A stretch of DNA of 64,000 bases from an uncultured Methylomirabilota bacterium (GCA_963705305.1 OY970067.1:4800001-4864000), one strand, 5' to 3'. Positions 32,131-45,189 are shown, counted from the stretch's first letter. The notes: generated by a model not told the origin, from the letters alone. Numbers and translations: made by a program.

Positions 32131-32327
32131 CCCCGTCCATCTCCTGCCGCGGCCTCCACCTCGACGAGGTGGATGACCTTGGACACCATCCCGCGGATGG
32201 CGGGCTCATCCGATCGGAGCACACTGGCGTTGATCCGGCGCAACCCCAGCCCCCGCAGCACCTGCCGCTGGCGGGGGGTCGAGCCGATGGGGCTGCGGCG
32301 GAGCGTGATCCGCAGCATACCGCTCAT
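32127..32327 (-). CDS. rpmD: 50S ribosomal protein L30
   Basis: [27 protein letters not shown]. Confidence 0.95.
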   Translation of the reverse strand: MSGMLRITLRRSPIGSTPRQRQVLRGLGLRRINASVLRSDEPAIRGMVSKVIHLVEVEAAAGDGRG

Positions 32328-32875
32328 GCCCGGCCTCCCTCGGTGGCATCGACGGCCGGCACCCCGGTCGCGGCTGCCTCCGTGCCGCGGACCCGCGCGA
32401 CATCGCCGACGGATCGCAGGTGTCGGAGCCCCTCCATCGTCGCCTTGACGACGTTATGGGGATTGTCCGATCCGAGGGATTTGGCGAGGATGTCCCGCAC
32501 CCCGACCACCTCCAGGACCGCGCGCGCCGCGCCGCCCGCCACCAGTCCGGTACCCGTCGAGGCGGGCTTCAGCAGCACGCGTCCGGCGCCGAACACCCCC
32601 AGCACCTCGTGGGGGATCGTGCTGTTGCGGAGCACCACCCGCACCAGGTGCTTCTTGGCCTCCTCGATCCCCTTCCGGATGGCCTCGGGCACCTCGTTGG
32701 CCTTCCCCAGGCCCATGCCGACGTGCCCGTCCTGGTCCCCCACCACAACCAGGGCGCTGAAGCTGAACCGCCGCCCGCCCTTGACGACCTTGGCGACCCG
32801 GTTGATGTGGACCACCCGCTCCACCAGGCGCAGCCCGTCGGGATTGATACGCTGGACCGTCCGTGGGGCACCCAT
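32324..32875 (-). CDS. rpsE: 30S ribosomal protein S5
   Basis: [32 protein letters not shown]. Confidence 0.97.
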   Translation of the reverse strand: MGAPRTVQRINPDGLRLVERVVHINRVAKVVKGGRRFSFSALVVVGDQDGHVGMGLGKANEVPEAIRKGIEEAKKHLVRVVLRNSTIPHEVLGVFGAGRVLLKPASTGTGLVAGGAARAVLEVVGVRDILAKSLGSDNPHNVVKATMEGLRHLRSVGDVARVRGTEAAATGVPAVDATEGGRA

Positions 32876-33243
32876 CAGAATTTCAACCCCCTATCTCGGG
32901 CCGCGGCCGCCAGGGCGCTGATGCGTCCGTGAAACGGATATCCGCCCCGATCGAACACCACGGTCTGAATCTGCGCCGCCAGAGCCCGTTCCGCCACCAG
33001 GGCCCCCACGGCTTTGGCGGCCTCCGTCTTCTTCATCCGCTCGCCCGATGCGGCCAGCTCCTTGCTGCGCGTGGAGACGGCCAGGAGCGTCCGCCCCCCG
33101 TCGTCATCGATGAGCTGGGCGTAGATGTGTCGGAGGCTTCTGAAGACGCAGAGCCGGGGTCGCTCCGCCGTCCCCCGCACCACCCGACGCACCCGCCGAT
33201 GCCTGCGCGCCCGCGCCTCGCGTTTCTCTTGAACCCGTGTCAC
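32875..33243 (-). CDS. rplR: 50S ribosomal protein L18
   Basis: [23 protein letters not shown]. Confidence 0.97.
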   Translation of the reverse strand: MTRVQEKREARARRHRRVRRVVRGTAERPRLCVFRSLRHIYAQLIDDDGGRTLLAVSTRSKELAASGERMKKTEAAKAVGALVAERALAAQIQTVVFDRGGYPFHGRISALAAAARDRGLKF

Positions 33244-33294
33244 CTGCGCGTCCTCTTCCGATCGGATCCCGACGCACCCGCCGCCGCGGGAGGC

Positions 33295-33834
33295 TTACTT
33301 CGCCCCCGTCTTGCCGGCCTTGCGCCGGATCCGCTCGTCCACGTACTTGACGCCTTTGCCTTTGTACGGCTCCGGCGGCCGGAAGCTCCGGATCTTGGCC
33401 GCCACCGCACCCACCTGCTGCTTGTCGATCCCGCTGATCGTGATCTGCGTCTGGTCTTTGACCTCCACCCGGATCCCCTTGGGAATGGGAAAGAGGATCG
33501 GGTGGGAGAACCCCAGGGACAGGTTCAGGTTCTCCCCCAGCAGGGAGGCCCGGTAGCCGACCCCCACCAGCTCCAGGCGCCGCTCGAAGCCGTGCACCAC
33601 GCCGTGCACCATGTTGAAGATCAGGCTGCGGGTCAGGCCGTGCAGCGCCTTGTGGAACTTCTCATCCGACGGCCGCGCGCACAGAATCCGACCATCCTTG
33701 ACCTGCACCTGCATCTTGGGATGCACCTCCAGGCGCAGACTGCCCTTCGGCCCGTGCACCGCGACGGTGCGGTCGTTCACCTCCACCTTCACGGAACTCG
33801 GAATGGGGATGGGAAGCTTACCGATGCGTGACAT
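33295..33834 (-). CDS. rplF: 50S ribosomal protein L6
   Basis: MSRIGKLPI, GVGYRA, RPPEPYKGKG. Confidence 0.97.
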   Translation of the reverse strand: MSRIGKLPIPIPSSVKVEVNDRTVAVHGPKGSLRLEVHPKMQVQVKDGRILCARPSDEKFHKALHGLTRSLIFNMVHGVVHGFERRLELVGVGYRASLLGENLNLSLGFSHPILFPIPKGIRVEVKDQTQITISGIDKQQVGAVAAKIRSFRPPEPYKGKGVKYVDERIRRKAGKTGAK

Positions 33835-33915
33835 ACCCTTTGCGCTCCCGAGCGTCAGAACCCCCGACGCGTCCGCCCCGGACGGACGCCCGCTCTGTCG
33901 GGGTTCCGCCACCAG

Positions 33916-34314
33916 CTACCAGACGTAACACAATACCTCGCCGCCCAGCGACCGCTCGCGCGCCGCCTTGCCGGTCATGACCCCCTGCGAGGTGGTCATG
34001 ATCGACACCCCCATGCCGCCGTACACCGTGGAGATCTGGGAGGCCTTGCGGTACACGCGCAACCCCGGGCGGCTGGCTCGCCGGATGCCCTGAATGACCC
34101 GCTCGTTGCCCGGGCCGAACTTGAGGTAGATCCGGAGGATGCCCTGCTTCTTGTCATCCAAGAGCCGGTAGGCCCGGATGAACCCCTCCGCCTTGAGGAC
34201 CTTGGCCAGCTCCACCTTCAGGCGGGAGGCCGGAATATCCACGCGCTCCAGCAGACCTTGGTTGGCATTCCGGACCCGCGTCAACATGTCCGCGATCGGA
34301 TCGGTCATTGACAT
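33916..34314 (-). CDS. rpsH: 30S ribosomal protein S8
   Basis: TDPIADMLTR.RNA, SRPGLRVY, GGEVLCYVW. Confidence 0.97.
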   Translation of the reverse strand: MSMTDPIADMLTRVRNANQGLLERVDIPASRLKVELAKVLKAEGFIRAYRLLDDKKQGILRIYLKFGPGNERVIQGIRRASRPGLRVYRKASQISTVYGGMGVSIMTTSQGVMTGKAARERSLGGEVLCYVW

Positions 34315-34369
34315 TCGCCACTCCAGCGCTCGCAAAAAAGGCCCGCCGCTTCCCGGGCCCCGGCCGGGA

Positions 34370-34555
34370 CTACCACGACGCCTTGATGACTCCCGGAATC
34401 TCGCCGCGCAGCGCCAGCGCGCGGAAGCAGACGCGGCACATCTGGAACTTCCGCATGTAGCCGCGGGGCCGCCCGCAGATCCGGCACCGGTGATACCTGC
34501 GGACTCCGAAGCGCGGGGCCCGCTGCTGCTTCTGGATCAGGCACGTCTTGGCCAT
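34370..34555 (-). CDS. rpsZ: 30S ribosomal protein S14, short Zn-binding type
   Basis: 61 aa, [28 protein letters not shown]. Confidence 0.96.
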   Translation of the reverse strand: MAKTCLIQKQQRAPRFGVRRYHRCRICGRPRGYMRKFQMCRVCFRALALRGEIPGVIKASW

Positions 34556-34567
34556 GGTCTCTCCCGC

Positions 34568-35221
34568 TCACTTGCGGAATGGGAAGCCGAAGAGGCCCAG
34601 CAGGGCCCGCGCCTCCTCATCCGTCCTGGCCGAGGTCTCCACGCACACATCCATGCCTCGGGTCATGTCCACCTTGTCGTAGCGGATCTCCGGGAAGATG
34701 AGCTGCTCCCGGATCCCCAGGGCGTAGTTGCCGCGGCCGTCGAAGGACTTGCTCGGGACGCCCCGGAAGTCCCGGATGCGGGGCAGGGCCACGGAGAGCA
34801 GACGGTCCAGGAACTCGTACATCCGCTCCCCTCGCAGAGTCACCTTGCACCCGATGGGCATGCCGGCCCGCAGCTTGAATGCCGCCTCCGATTTCTTGGC
34901 GCGCGTGACGACGGGCTTCTGCCCGGTGATCAGCGCCAACTCGCCGACCGCGGCATCGATCACCTTGACGTTGCCGACCGCCTCCCCCAGCCCCATGTTG
35001 ACGACGATCTTGGTGATCTGGGGGACCTGCATGGGATTGGTATAATTGAACTGCTTCATCAGGGCCGGGGCGATCTCCGTCCGGAACCGCTCCCGGAGTC
35101 GCGCCGGGACACGCGGGAGGCTGGGGGCGGCCGCCGCCTCGCCCTTTCCCTTGGCCGCCTTCTCCCCCCGCTCCGCCTTGCCGCCCGCGGCGCGGGTCTT
35201 GCGCTCCGCCTTATCCGCCAT
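34568..35221 (-). CDS. rplE: 50S ribosomal protein L5 with N-terminal extension
   Basis: [31 protein letters not shown]. Confidence 0.97.
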   Translation of the reverse strand: MADKAERKTRAAGGKAERGEKAAKGKGEAAAAPSLPRVPARLRERFRTEIAPALMKQFNYTNPMQVPQITKIVVNMGLGEAVGNVKVIDAAVGELALITGQKPVVTRAKKSEAAFKLRAGMPIGCKVTLRGERMYEFLDRLLSVALPRIRDFRGVPSKSFDGRGNYALGIREQLIFPEIRYDKVDMTRGMDVCVETSARTDEEARALLGLFGFPFRK

Positions 35222-35224
35222 GGC

Positions 35225-35554
35225 TCATTCCATCGTCTCGCCGCACTCGCGGCACACGCGGATCGTGCGCCCGTCCGCCAGCTGGCTCCGCCCCATCCGG
35301 ACCGGACGATCGCACTTGCCGCACACCAACTGCACATTGGATACGTGGAGCGGGTTCTCGCGCTCCAGGATCCCGCCCTGCTGCCCAAGCCGCCCGGGCT
35401 TGGCATGGCGCTTCACGAAGTTGATCTTCTCCACCAGGACTTTGTCCAGCTTGGGCAGGACCTTCAGCACCTTGCCCCGCTTGCCCTTGTCCTTCCCGGC
35501 GATCACTTCGACCAGGTCGTTCTTGTGGACTACCAGCCGATGTCCGACACCCAT
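35225..35554 (-). CDS. rplX: 50S ribosomal protein L24
   Basis: D.VEVIAGKDKGKRGKV KOW motif, HVSNV. Confidence 0.97.
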   Translation of the reverse strand: MGVGHRLVVHKNDLVEVIAGKDKGKRGKVLKVLPKLDKVLVEKINFVKRHAKPGRLGQQGGILERENPLHVSNVQLVCGKCDRPVRMGRSQLADGRTIRVCRECGETME

Positions 35555-35584
35555 GGCGCCACCCCGTGCGCAGCTCCGGAATCC

Positions 35585-35953
35585 CTAGATCACTTCCGGG
35601 GCCAGCGAGATGATCTTCATGAATCGAGCCTCGCGCAGCTCGCGGGCCACCGGTCCGAAGATGCGGGTCCCGACCGGATCGTTGTGTTCGTCGATGAGCA
35701 CCGCGGCGTTTCGGTCGAACTTGATGTAGCTGCCGTCCGGCCTCCGCTTCTCCTTCACCGTCCGGACCACCACCGCCCGGACGACGCTGCCCTTCTTGAC
35801 CGAGCCCTCGGGGACCGCCTCTTTGACGTTGGCGATGATGACGTCCCCCAGCCGGGCATACCGCTTCGCCGACCCCCCCAGAACCTTGATCAGGGAGATG
35901 CGCTTCGCCCCGGAGTTGTCTGCGACATCCAGGATCGTTCGGAGGCCGATCAT
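35585..35953 (-). CDS. rplN: 50S ribosomal protein L14
   Basis: [28 protein letters not shown]. Confidence 0.98.
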   Translation of the reverse strand: MIGLRTILDVADNSGAKRISLIKVLGGSAKRYARLGDVIIANVKEAVPEGSVKKGSVVRAVVVRTVKEKRRPDGSYIKFDRNAAVLIDEHNDPVGTRIFGPVARELREARFMKIISLAPEVI

Positions 35954-35995
35954 GGCTCTTCCCCGTTCTCCATCCCCGGCAACCCGCGCGGCCGA

Positions 35996-36256
35996 CTAGA
36001 CCGCCTTGTCCAGCACCTCGACCACGCGCCACCGCTTGTCCTTGGACAGCGGCCGGGTCTCCATCACCCGCACCCTGTCCCCCACCCGGCATGTATTGGC
36101 CTCGTCGTGGGCCTTCACCCGGGTCTTCCGCCTGACCATCCGGGAAAAGCTCTGATGGGAGACCAGACGGGCGATCTCCACGACGACGGTCTTCTGCATC
36201 TTGTCGCTGACCACGATTCCGACTGCGGTCTGGCGCTGGCTGCGCTCCTCCGCCAT
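35996..36256 (-). CDS. rpsQ: 30S ribosomal protein S17
   Basis: [29 protein letters not shown]. Confidence 0.97.
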   Translation of the reverse strand: MAEERSQRQTAVGIVVSDKMQKTVVVEIARLVSHQSFSRMVRRKTRVKAHDEANTCRVGDRVRVMETRPLSKDKRWRVVEVLDKAV

Positions 36257-36257
36257 G

Positions 36258-36467
36258 CTAGGCCTCCCTTTGGGTCGCCCGGCTCGCCGCGGCGCGCTGG
36301 GCGGTCCGCGCCCGGGCGATGTCGCGGCGGAGCTCCCGGATCCGCATAGGGTTCTCGACCTGGGAGGAGGCTTGCCGCAGGCGCAGCTTGAACAGCTCCT
36401 CCTGGAGGGCGGCGACCTTCTGGTGCAGCTCCTCTCCCGTCAGATCGACCAGCTCCCTGTACTTCAT
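36258..36467 (-). CDS. rpmC: 50S ribosomal protein L29
   Basis: [20 protein letters not shown]. Confidence 0.95.
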   Translation of the reverse strand: MKYRELVDLTGEELHQKVAALQEELFKLRLRQASSQVENPMRIRELRRDIARARTAQRAAASRATQREA

Positions 36468-36889
36468 TGGGCGACCCCCGTGCTCTTCCGCGAGACAAAG
36501 CGCGTCGCGATCGGCAGCTTCATGGCGGCCAGGCGCATCGCCTCTTTGGCATCCGGCTCCGAGATGCCCTCCATCTCGTAGAGAATCCGGCCGGGCTTGA
36601 CTACCGCCACCCAGCCTTCGGGAGCCCCCTTGCCCTTGCCCATGCGGGTCTCCGCCGGCTTGGACGTGATCGGCTTATCCGGAAAGATGCGGATCCACAC
36701 CTTCCCGCCACGCTTGACGTAGCGGGTCATGGCCCGCCGCGCCGCCTCGATCTGCCGGTTGCTGATCCAGGCGGCCTCCATCGCCTTCAGGCCGTATTCG
36801 CCGAACGCCAGCGCGCTTCCCCGCGTGGCGATTCCCGCCCGCCGCCCGCGCTGTTGCTTGCGAAACTTCACCCGCTTTGGAACCATCAT
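36464..36889 (-). CDS. rplP: 50S ribosomal protein L16
   Basis: [25 protein letters not shown]. Confidence 0.98.
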   Translation of the reverse strand: MMVPKRVKFRKQQRGRRAGIATRGSALAFGEYGLKAMEAAWISNRQIEAARRAMTRYVKRGGKVWIRIFPDKPITSKPAETRMGKGKGAPEGWVAVVKPGRILYEMEGISEPDAKEAMRLAAMKLPIATRFVSRKSTGVAQ

Positions 36890-36911
36890 GGCGAGATCCT
36901 CTCCCCGCGGC

Positions 36912-37646
36912 CTAGAACCGGGGCGGCGGGGCGCCCGGCCCGCGCCGTCGCCGGGTGCGATCCTGGGGGGTCCGCGTGTCGCGCAGCCGCTCCGGCGGCT
37001 TGCTCTCCACCCCCAGGGTCTCTGGGAGCACTTCGCCGTGGAATACCCAGGCCTTCACCCCGATGGCGCCGTAGGTCGTCTTGGCGGTGGCGAGGCCGAA
37101 GTCGATGTCCGCCCGCAGGGTATGCAGGGGGACGCGGCCCTCGCGGTACCATTCCGAGCGGGCGATCTCGGCCCCCGCCAGCCGTCCGGCGCACGCCACC
37201 TTCACCCCCTGCGCCCCCAGGCGCAGGGCCGACTGGACCGCCTTCTTCATGGCCCGGCGGAAGGCCACCCGCCGCTCCAGCTGCTGGGCGATCTGCTCCG
37301 CCACCAGCTGCGCGTCCGTCTCCGGCTTGCGCACCTCCTCGATGTCCAGCCGGACTTCCTTCTGGGTCATCCGCCCCAGCTCCCCCCGCAGCTTCTCGAC
37401 CTCCGACCCCTTCTTCCCGATGATGATCCCGGGGCGGGCGGTGTGGATGATGATCCGCATCTGATCCGCCTTCCGCTCGATCTCGATGCGCGACACCCCC
37501 GAGTGGAACAGACGCTCTTTGATGTAGCGGCGCAGCCGCAGGTCCTCATGGAGCACCTGAGCGAAGTTCCGGCCCGCGTACCAGCGGGAGCGCCACGTCT
37601 TGACGATGCCCAATCGGAAACCCAGGGGGTGTGTCTTCTGTCCCAC
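36912..37646 (-). CDS. rpsC: 30S ribosomal protein S3
   Basis: [35 protein letters not shown]; own GTG start after a GAGGAGG SD. Confidence 0.96.
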   Translation of the reverse strand: MGQKTHPLGFRLGIVKTWRSRWYAGRNFAQVLHEDLRLRRYIKERLFHSGVSRIEIERKADQMRIIIHTARPGIIIGKKGSEVEKLRGELGRMTQKEVRLDIEEVRKPETDAQLVAEQIAQQLERRVAFRRAMKKAVQSALRLGAQGVKVACAGRLAGAEIARSEWYREGRVPLHTLRADIDFGLATAKTTYGAIGVKAWVFHGEVLPETLGVESKPPERLRDTRTPQDRTRRRRGPGAPPPRF

Positions 37647-37696
37647 GCCCGACCTCCTCGCCCCGCATACCTCGTGCGGCGGCCGCCGACGGCACG

Positions 37697-38045
37697 CTAC
37701 CGCGTGTCCCGCTCCCGCAAGACGATAGTGATGTGGCTGCTGCGCTTCCGGACACGGTACGCGCGCCCCATGGCCCGCGGCTGAATGCGCTTGACCGTCG
37801 GCCCCTCGTCCACGAACGCCTGCGCGACCACCAGCCGGTCGAACGTCCCGCACCCCGTGATTCTGCGTGGCGTTGGCCATGGCGGAGCGCAGCACCTTTT
37901 CCACGATGCGCGCCGCCTGCCGCCGGGTCAGCTGCACCTGCACTAGGGCGCTGTTCACGTCCTTGCCCCGGATCAGATCCGCCACCAGCCGAGCCTTCTG
38001 GGCCGGCACCTGTACGAACCGCGCAACTGCTCTGGCTTCTGCCAT
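37697..38045 (-). CDS. rplV: 50S ribosomal protein L22, carrying a +1 frameshift near 37842 as assembled
   Basis: N-half [18 protein letters not shown]-half [41 protein letters not shown] in another frame; span 349 nt = 3n+1. Confidence 0.92.
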
Positions 38046-38117
38046 GTCTGGACCCCGATCGCGACCCCGCCGTCCCGCGGGGATGATCGTCCCGTCAACG
38101 CCCCGGCGTCACTCGCC

Positions 38118-38402
38118 CTACTTGGGGGTCGTCGCCTTGGCGCTGTGGGCGCTGTGCCCACGAAACGTGCGGGTGGGGGAGAACTCGCCCAGCTTGTGGC
38201 CGACCATGTTCTCCGTGATGTACACCGGGATGAACTTCTTCCCGTTGTGGATCGCCAGCGTGTGCCCGATGAATTCCGGCACGATGGTGGAGCGGCGGGA
38301 CCAGGTCTTCAAGACCTTCTTCTCCCGCGCCCGATTCATGGCCTCGATCCGCTGCAACAGTCTGGCCTCGACGTAGGGCCCTTTTCTCAACGATCGCGAC
38401 AC
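38118..38402 (-). CDS. rpsS: 30S ribosomal protein S19
   Basis: [30 protein letters not shown]. Confidence 0.98.
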   Translation of the reverse strand: MSRSLRKGPYVEARLLQRIEAMNRAREKKVLKTWSRRSTIVPEFIGHTLAIHNGKKFIPVYITENMVGHKLGEFSPTRTFRGHSAHSAKATTPK

Positions 38403-38450
38403 GCTGCCTCCGCACGGCAGGCACAGCCCGGGGGCCGGCGCCTGGAAGAT

Positions 38451-39269
38451 CTACTTGCGTCGCTTGACGATGTACCGGTCGGATGCCTTCCCCTGCTGTC
38501 GGGTCTTCCCCTCCCGCTTCCCCCACGGGCTGCAGGGATGCCGCCCGCCCGAGCTCTTGCCCTCGCCGCCGCCCAGGGGATGGTCATGAGGGTTCATCGC
38601 CACGCCCCGCACCGACGGGCGGATTCCCAGCCAGCGCGAGCGCCCCGCCTTCCCCAGGGAGACATTCTCGTGCTCCAGGTTCCCCACCTGACCCACGGTG
38701 GCCATGCAGGCCAGCCGCACCCGCCGCATCTCGCCCGAGGGCAGCCGCAGCAAGCCGTAGTCCCCCTCTTTGGCCACGAACTGGGCCGTCGCTCCCGCCG
38801 TCCGCACTAGGCGAGCCCCCTGGCCCGGCTGCAGCTCGACATTGTGCACGTTCACCCCCACGGGGATGTTGCGCAACGGCAGCGCGTTGCCCAGCCGCAC
38901 CTCCGCCTCGGGGCCTGACATCACCCGATCCCCGACGGTGAGCCCCAGCGGGGCCAGGATGTAGCGCTTCTCCCCGTCGGCATAGTGCAGCAGGGCGATC
39001 CGCGCGGACCGGTTGGGATCGTACTCGATGGCGGCGACGCGGGCCGGGATCCCCTGCTTGTCCCGCCGGAAGTCGATGAGGCGGTACATGCGCTTGTGGG
39101 CGCCTCCCTGGTGGCGGCAGGTCACGCGCCCCAGGGCGTTCCGCCCCCCGCGCCCGCGCTGCGGGATCAGCAGGGATTTCTCCGGAGTCCGCTTGGTGAC
39201 CTCGCCGAAATCCGAGACGCTCTGAAAACGGCGCCCGGGGGAGGTCGGTCGGTATTTTCGCACAGGCAT
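38451..39269 (-). CDS. rplB: 50S ribosomal protein L2
   Basis: [36 protein letters not shown]; start 39269 or 39275. Confidence 0.97.
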   Translation of the reverse strand: MPVRKYRPTSPGRRFQSVSDFGEVTKRTPEKSLLIPQRGRGGRNALGRVTCRHQGGAHKRMYRLIDFRRDKQGIPARVAAIEYDPNRSARIALLHYADGEKRYILAPLGLTVGDRVMSGPEAEVRLGNALPLRNIPVGVNVHNVELQPGQGARLVRTAGATAQFVAKEGDYGLLRLPSGEMRRVRLACMATVGQVGNLEHENVSLGKAGRSRWLGIRPSVRGVAMNPHDHPLGGGEGKSSGGRHPCSPWGKREGKTRQQGKASDRYIVKRRK

Positions 39270-39300
39270 GGCCATGTCCTCGCGTGCGGCACGCGGCCCG

Positions 39301-39591
39301 TTACACGCCCTCGTACAACTCGATGGACTCCCCGGTCTTGAGGGTGGCAACCGCCTTCTTCCAGTCGGCCCGCCGGCCCTGGAAGCGCCCCAGGCGCTTG
39401 ACCTTCCCCCGCACCCGGAGCGTTCGGACGTCTAGGACGGTCACCTTGAACAGCTGTTCGATCGCCCGCTTAATCTCGACCTTGGTGGCCGTCCGGGCCA
39501 CCTTGAAGACGTACTGATTCCCCTCGTCCTTCAGGCGCGTCCCCTTTTCGGTCAGAAGCGGCCGCAGCACGACCTCATACGGTCCCTTCAT
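39301..39591 (-). CDS. rplW: 50S ribosomal protein L23
   Basis: RPLLTEK, ATKVEIK.AIE.LF, WKKA. Confidence 0.97.
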   Translation of the reverse strand: MKGPYEVVLRPLLTEKGTRLKDEGNQYVFKVARTATKVEIKRAIEQLFKVTVLDVRTLRVRGKVKRLGRFQGRRADWKKAVATLKTGESIELYEGV

Positions 39592-40217
39592 GGCGCCAGC
39601 ACCTCACGCAGCGTGTGCACCCCCTCCGGGGTCAGCACCAGAATGTCGGCCCGGAGGACGTCGTACACGTTGAGGCCCCGAACGGTCAGGACCCGGACCT
39701 CCGGCAGATTGCGCACCGACTTCTCCACCACCTCGTCCCGGGCCGGCAGCACCACCAGGGCCTTGCCGCGAGCCCCGACCCCCCGCAGCAGCCCGAGGAA
39801 GGTCTTGGTGCTGGGCTTTTCCAGGCTGAGCGATTCCAGCAGCCGCACCGCGCCGGCCTGGGCCTTGGCCGTCAGGGCGCCGCACAGCGCCTGTCGCCGG
39901 ATCGTCTTGGAGACCTGAAAGCTGTAGCTTCGCGGATGCGGCCCGAAGATCGTCCCACCGTGGCGCCACAGCCCAGATCGGCTGCTGCCCGAGCGGGCCC
40001 GGCCGGTGCCCTTTTGCTTCCAGGGCTTCTTGCCGCCGCCGGACACGTCGCTCCGCCCCTTGGTGTCCGCCGTCCCCTGGCGCCGATTGGCCAACTGCAT
40101 GCGCACCACCTCGTGCAGCAGGTGCGGCTTCACCGGGGCGGCGAAAATCCCCTCGGGCAAGTCGATCTGATCCACCTTCTCGTTTTTCGCGTTGACCACG
40201 TCCACCGTTGTCGCCAT
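39588..40217 (-). CDS. rplD: 50S ribosomal protein L4
   Basis: RQGT..TKGRSDVSGGGKKPWKQKGTGRAR, GGTIFGP. Confidence 0.98.
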   Translation of the reverse strand: MATTVDVVNAKNEKVDQIDLPEGIFAAPVKPHLLHEVVRMQLANRRQGTADTKGRSDVSGGGKKPWKQKGTGRARSGSSRSGLWRHGGTIFGPHPRSYSFQVSKTIRRQALCGALTAKAQAGAVRLLESLSLEKPSTKTFLGLLRGVGARGKALVVLPARDEVVEKSVRNLPEVRVLTVRGLNVYDVLRADILVLTPEGVHTLREVLAP

Positions 40218-40232
40218 GGATCTGCCCCGGTC

Positions 40233-40862
40233 TCACTTCCCTTTCTGGATGGTCAGCAGTCCGCCGCTGGGCCCGGGCACGGCCCCCTGCACCAGCAGGA
40301 GGTTCTTCTCCGGGTCGACCGAGACCACCCGGAGGCCGCGTACGGTGCAGCGGTCGGCCCCCATGTGCCCCGGCAGGTGGTGCCCGCGGAAGACGCGGGA
40401 GGGGTACGACGAGGCGCCAATGGAGCCCGGCGCCCGATGGAACATGGCCCCGTGGGTCATGGGGCCGCCGCGGTAGTTCCACCGCTTCACCCCGCCCTGG
40501 AAGCCGCGTCCCTTGGTAACGCCCGTCACCCGCACCCGCTCGCCGGCCGTGAACAGGCTCACGGTCAATACCTGGCCGACCTGGAACTCGCCTTCACCCC
40601 CGCGAAGGCGGATCTCCTGCAGGTGGCGCTGGTAGGGGATCTTGGCCTTGTCGAAATGCCCCTGCAGCGGCCGGGTCACCCGGCTCCGCTTCGGCTCCGT
40701 CTGGAAGCCGACCTGGATGGCCTCGTAGCCGTCCCTCTCCACGGTCTTTCGCTGCACGACCGGACATGGACCGGCCTCGATGACGGTGACCGGCACGGAC
40801 TTGCCGCGCTCGTCGAAGACCTGCGTCATTCCCACCTTGCGACCCACCAGCCCGATTGCCAT
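40233..40862 (-). CDS. rplC: 50S ribosomal protein L3
   Basis: GRKVGMTQVF, DGYEAIQ, KGRGFQG, HRAPGSIG. Confidence 0.98.
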   Translation of the reverse strand: MAIGLVGRKVGMTQVFDERGKSVPVTVIEAGPCPVVQRKTVERDGYEAIQVGFQTEPKRSRVTRPLQGHFDKAKIPYQRHLQEIRLRGGEGEFQVGQVLTVSLFTAGERVRVTGVTKGRGFQGGVKRWNYRGGPMTHGAMFHRAPGSIGASSYPSRVFRGHHLPGHMGADRCTVRGLRVVSVDPEKNLLLVQGAVPGPSGGLLTIQKGK

Positions 40863-40935
40863 CGCTCCACGCGCCCCGCGTCCGGCCTCGGCTGCCGGCC
40901 CCGCCCCCCTGGACGGCGGCCCCCGAGAGCCCGGC

Positions 40936-41244
40936 CTAGAGTTTGATCTCCACGTCCACCCCGGCCGGCAGGTCCAGCCGCATCAGCTGGTCCACCGTCT
41001 GCGGCGTGGGCTGCACGATGTCCATCATCCGCACGTGGGTCCGGATCTCGAACTGCTCCCGGGACTTCTTGTCGACGTGCGGCGAGCGGAGCACCGTGTA
41101 CCGGCTGATCTTCGTGGGCAGGGGAATGGGCCCCGAGATCAACGCCCCGGAGCGTTGCACCGTCCCCACGATGTCCTTGACCGCCTGATCCAGCAGGCGG
41201 TGATCGTACCCTTTGAGCTTGATGCGAATCTTCTGGTTATCCAT
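40936..41244 (-). CDS. rpsJ: 30S ribosomal protein S10
   Basis: [33 protein letters not shown]. Confidence 0.97.
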   Translation of the reverse strand: MDNQKIRIKLKGYDHRLLDQAVKDIVGTVQRSGALISGPIPLPTKISRYTVLRSPHVDKKSREQFEIRTHVRMMDIVQPTPQTVDQLMRLDLPAGVDVEIKL

Positions 41245-41306
41245 TACGGTACCCGGCACCCAGTCTGTGTGTGGACCCCCGCGGGGGCAGCCATGTTCCC
41301 GACCAC

Positions 41307-42509
<1,203 letters not shown>

Positions 42510-42597
42510 GTACGTGTCCCCCTGCGGGGCCTCCCTCCTGAGGCGCCCTGGCTGCCGTCGTCCGCTCTCCGCCCTGCTGGCCGCGTGCCGCGGGCCG

Positions 42598-44688
42598 CTA
42601 GGCCTCCGCGCGCATGCCGACCTTGGCGATGATCTCCTCGGCGATCTGGGTCGGGACGGGCTGATATCGGGCAAACTGGAACGGCGTATGGCTGCCGCGC
42701 CCCTGGGTCGCCGACCGGAGGTCGGTGGCGTACCCGAACAGCTCGGCCAGCGGCACCTCGGTCCGGACGACCTGCACGGCCGGCCGCGCCTCGATTTCCA
42801 GCACCCGGCCCCGCCGCGAGTTCAGGTCGCCGATCACCTGTCCAACGAACTCCTCCGGGGCGATAACGTCGAAGCGCATGACGGGCTCCAGCAGAATCGC
42901 CTTGGCTCGCCGCGCCCCATCCTTGAAGGCCATGGATCCCGCGATCTTGAAGGCCATCTCCGACGAGTCCACCTCGTGGTAGGAGCCGTCCTCCAGGATC
43001 ACCCGCGCGTCCACCATCGGGTAGCCGGCCAGGACCCCTCCCTCCAGGGCCTCGCGCACGCCCTTCTCCACCGCCGGGATGTACTCTTTGGGGATCGTCC
43101 CGCCCACGATCTTGTTGACGAATTCGAAGCCGCCAGCCGGCAGCGGCTCGATCCGGATCTTCACGTGGCCGTACTGCCCCCGTCCCCCGGTCTGGCGGAT
43201 GAAGCGCCCCTCGGCCGGCACGGAGGCGGTCACCGTCTCGCGATACGCCACCTGGGGCTTCCCCACGTTGGCCTCGACCCGGAACTCCCGCAGGAGGCGA
43301 TCCACGATGATCTCCAGATGCAGCTCCCCCATGCCGGAGATGATGGTCTGGCCGGTCTCCTCGTCCGAGGCGGTGTGGAAGGTCGGGTCCTCGTTGGCCA
43401 GGGCGGCCAGGGCCAAGGACAGCCGCTCCTGTCCCTCTTTGGTCTTGGGCTCAATGGCCACGGAGATCACCGGCTCCGGGAACTCGATGGCCTCCAGGAC
43501 GATGGGGCGGCTCTCCAGGCACAGCGTATCGCCCGTCTTGGCGTTGCGCAGCCCGACCGCCGCCGCGATGTCCCCGGCCCCCACCTGCTTGATCTCCTGC
43601 CGCTTGTTGGCGTGCATGCGCAGGAGCCGTCCCACCCGCTCTTTGGTCCCCCGGGTGGAGTTGTAGACGTAGGAGCCGCCATCCAGAACGCCCGAGTAGG
43701 CCCGGAAAAAGGCCAGCTGTCCGACGTACGGGTCGGCCATGATCTTGAACACCAGCGCCGAGAAGGCCTCGGTCTGGCTGGCCTGGCGGCGCTCCATCGC
43801 CCCGGTCTTGGGATTCTTGCCCTCCACCGGCGGCAGATCCTGGGGGGACGGCAGGTAGGCCACCACTGCATCCAGGAGGGGTTGAACCCCCTTGTTCCTG
43901 AACGAGGAGCCGCACAGGACCGGCACCACCTTGAGCGCCAGGGTCGCCCGGCGCAGGGCCCCCTGGATCTCCTCGGGGGTGAGGGTCTCCCCCTCCAGGT
44001 ACTTGTGCATGAGCTGCTCGTCCTGATCGGCCACCGCCTCCAGCAGTTGCTCGCGCGCCTTCCGGGCGGCGTCGCGCAGGGCGGGAGGGATCTCCTCGTC
44101 GTGGAAGGCGGCCCCCAGGGTCTCTTCCTCCCAGACCACGGCCTTCATCCGGATGACGTCGATGATCCCCTGGAATTTGTCTTCTTTTCCATAGGGCAGC
44201 TGGACGCAGATGGGATTCGCCCCCAGGCGCTCGGTGATCATGGACACCGCCCGGTCGAAATCCGCCCCCGTCCGATCCATCTTGTTGACGAGGGCCAGCC
44301 GGGGCACCCGGTACTTGTCCGCCTGTCGCCACACGGTCTCGGACTGGGGCTCCACACCGGCCACGGCGTCGAAGATGGCAATCGCGCCGTCCAGGACCCG
44401 CAGCGACCGCTCCACCTCCACGGTGAAGTCGACGTGGCCGGGCGTGTCGATGATGTTGATCTGGTGGTCGGCCCAGAAGCAGGTGGTGGCGGCGGAGGTG
44501 ATGGTAATCCCCCGCTCCTTCTCCTGCTCCATCCAATCCATTTCGGTCGAACCCTCGTCCACCTCGCCGATCTTGTGCGTCTTGCCCGTGTAGTACAAGA
44601 TCCGCTCGGTGGTCGTCGTCTTGCCGGCATCAATGTGGGCCATGATGCCGATATTGCGGGTTCGCTCCAATAAAAACGTCTCAGCCAT
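42598..44688 (-). CDS. fusA: Elongation factor G (canonical)
   Basis: [26 protein letters not shown]; in rpsL-rpsG-fusA-tuf. Confidence 0.98.
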   Translation of the reverse strand: MAETFLLERTRNIGIMAHIDAGKTTTTERILYYTGKTHKIGEVDEGSTEMDWMEQEKERGITITSAATTCFWADHQINIIDTPGHVDFTVEVERSLRVLDGAIAIFDAVAGVEPQSETVWRQADKYRVPRLALVNKMDRTGADFDRAVSMITERLGANPICVQLPYGKEDKFQGIIDVIRMKAVVWEEETLGAAFHDEEIPPALRDAARKAREQLLEAVADQDEQLMHKYLEGETLTPEEIQGALRRATLALKVVPVLCGSSFRNKGVQPLLDAVVAYLPSPQDLPPVEGKNPKTGAMERRQASQTEAFSALVFKIMADPYVGQLAFFRAYSGVLDGGSYVYNSTRGTKERVGRLLRMHANKRQEIKQVGAGDIAAAVGLRNAKTGDTLCLESRPIVLEAIEFPEPVISVAIEPKTKEGQERLSLALAALANEDPTFHTASDEETGQTIISGMGELHLEIIVDRLLREFRVEANVGKPQVAYRETVTASVPAEGRFIRQTGGRGQYGHVKIRIEPLPAGGFEFVNKIVGGTIPKEYIPAVEKGVREALEGGVLAGYPMVDARVILEDGSYHEVDSSEMAFKIAGSMAFKDGARRAKAILLEPVMRFDVIAPEEFVGQVIGDLNSRRGRVLEIEARPAVQVVRTEVPLAELFGYATDLRSATQGRGSHTPFQFARYQPVPTQIAEEIIAKVGMRAEA

Positions 44689-44718
44689 TGCCGTCCTGCA
44701 GTCCCGGGCCGGGGTCCG

Positions 44719-45189
44719 CTACCACCGGTAGTGGGCAAAGGCCTTGTTGGCCTCCGCCATCTTGTGGGTGTCTTCCCGCTTCTTCACCGAAGAGCCGCGG
44801 TTGTTGGCCGCCTCGATCAGTTCCGCCGCCAACCGCTCCTGCATCGTCTTCTCGGTGCGCTTGCTCGCGAAGCCGATGATCCACCGCAGGGCTAGGGACG
44901 TGCGGCGCTCCGCGCGAACCTCCACCGGCACCTGGTAGGTGGCCCCGCCGACCCGCCGGGACTTCACCTCCAGCACCGGCTTGACGTTGTCCACCGCCTG
45001 CTTGAAGAGCTTCTGCGCGTCCATCTTGGTGCGGTCCTCGATGACCTGCATGCAGCCGTAGAAGATGCGCTCGGCGGTGTTCCGCTTCCCCTTCCTCATC
45101 ATGGAGTTGATGAACTTGGTCACCAGCTTGCTGGCGAACACGGGATCCGGCTGGGCATCCCGCTTCTCAGCAACTTTCCGCCGCGGCAT
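44719..45189 (-). CDS. rpsG: 30S ribosomal protein S7
   Basis: [30 protein letters not shown]. Confidence 0.98.
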   Translation of the reverse strand: MPRRKVAEKRDAQPDPVFASKLVTKFINSMMRKGKRNTAERIFYGCMQVIEDRTKMDAQKLFKQAVDNVKPVLEVKSRRVGGATYQVPVEVRAERRTSLALRWIIGFASKRTEKTMQERLAAELIEAANNRGSSVKKREDTHKMAEANKAFAHYRW

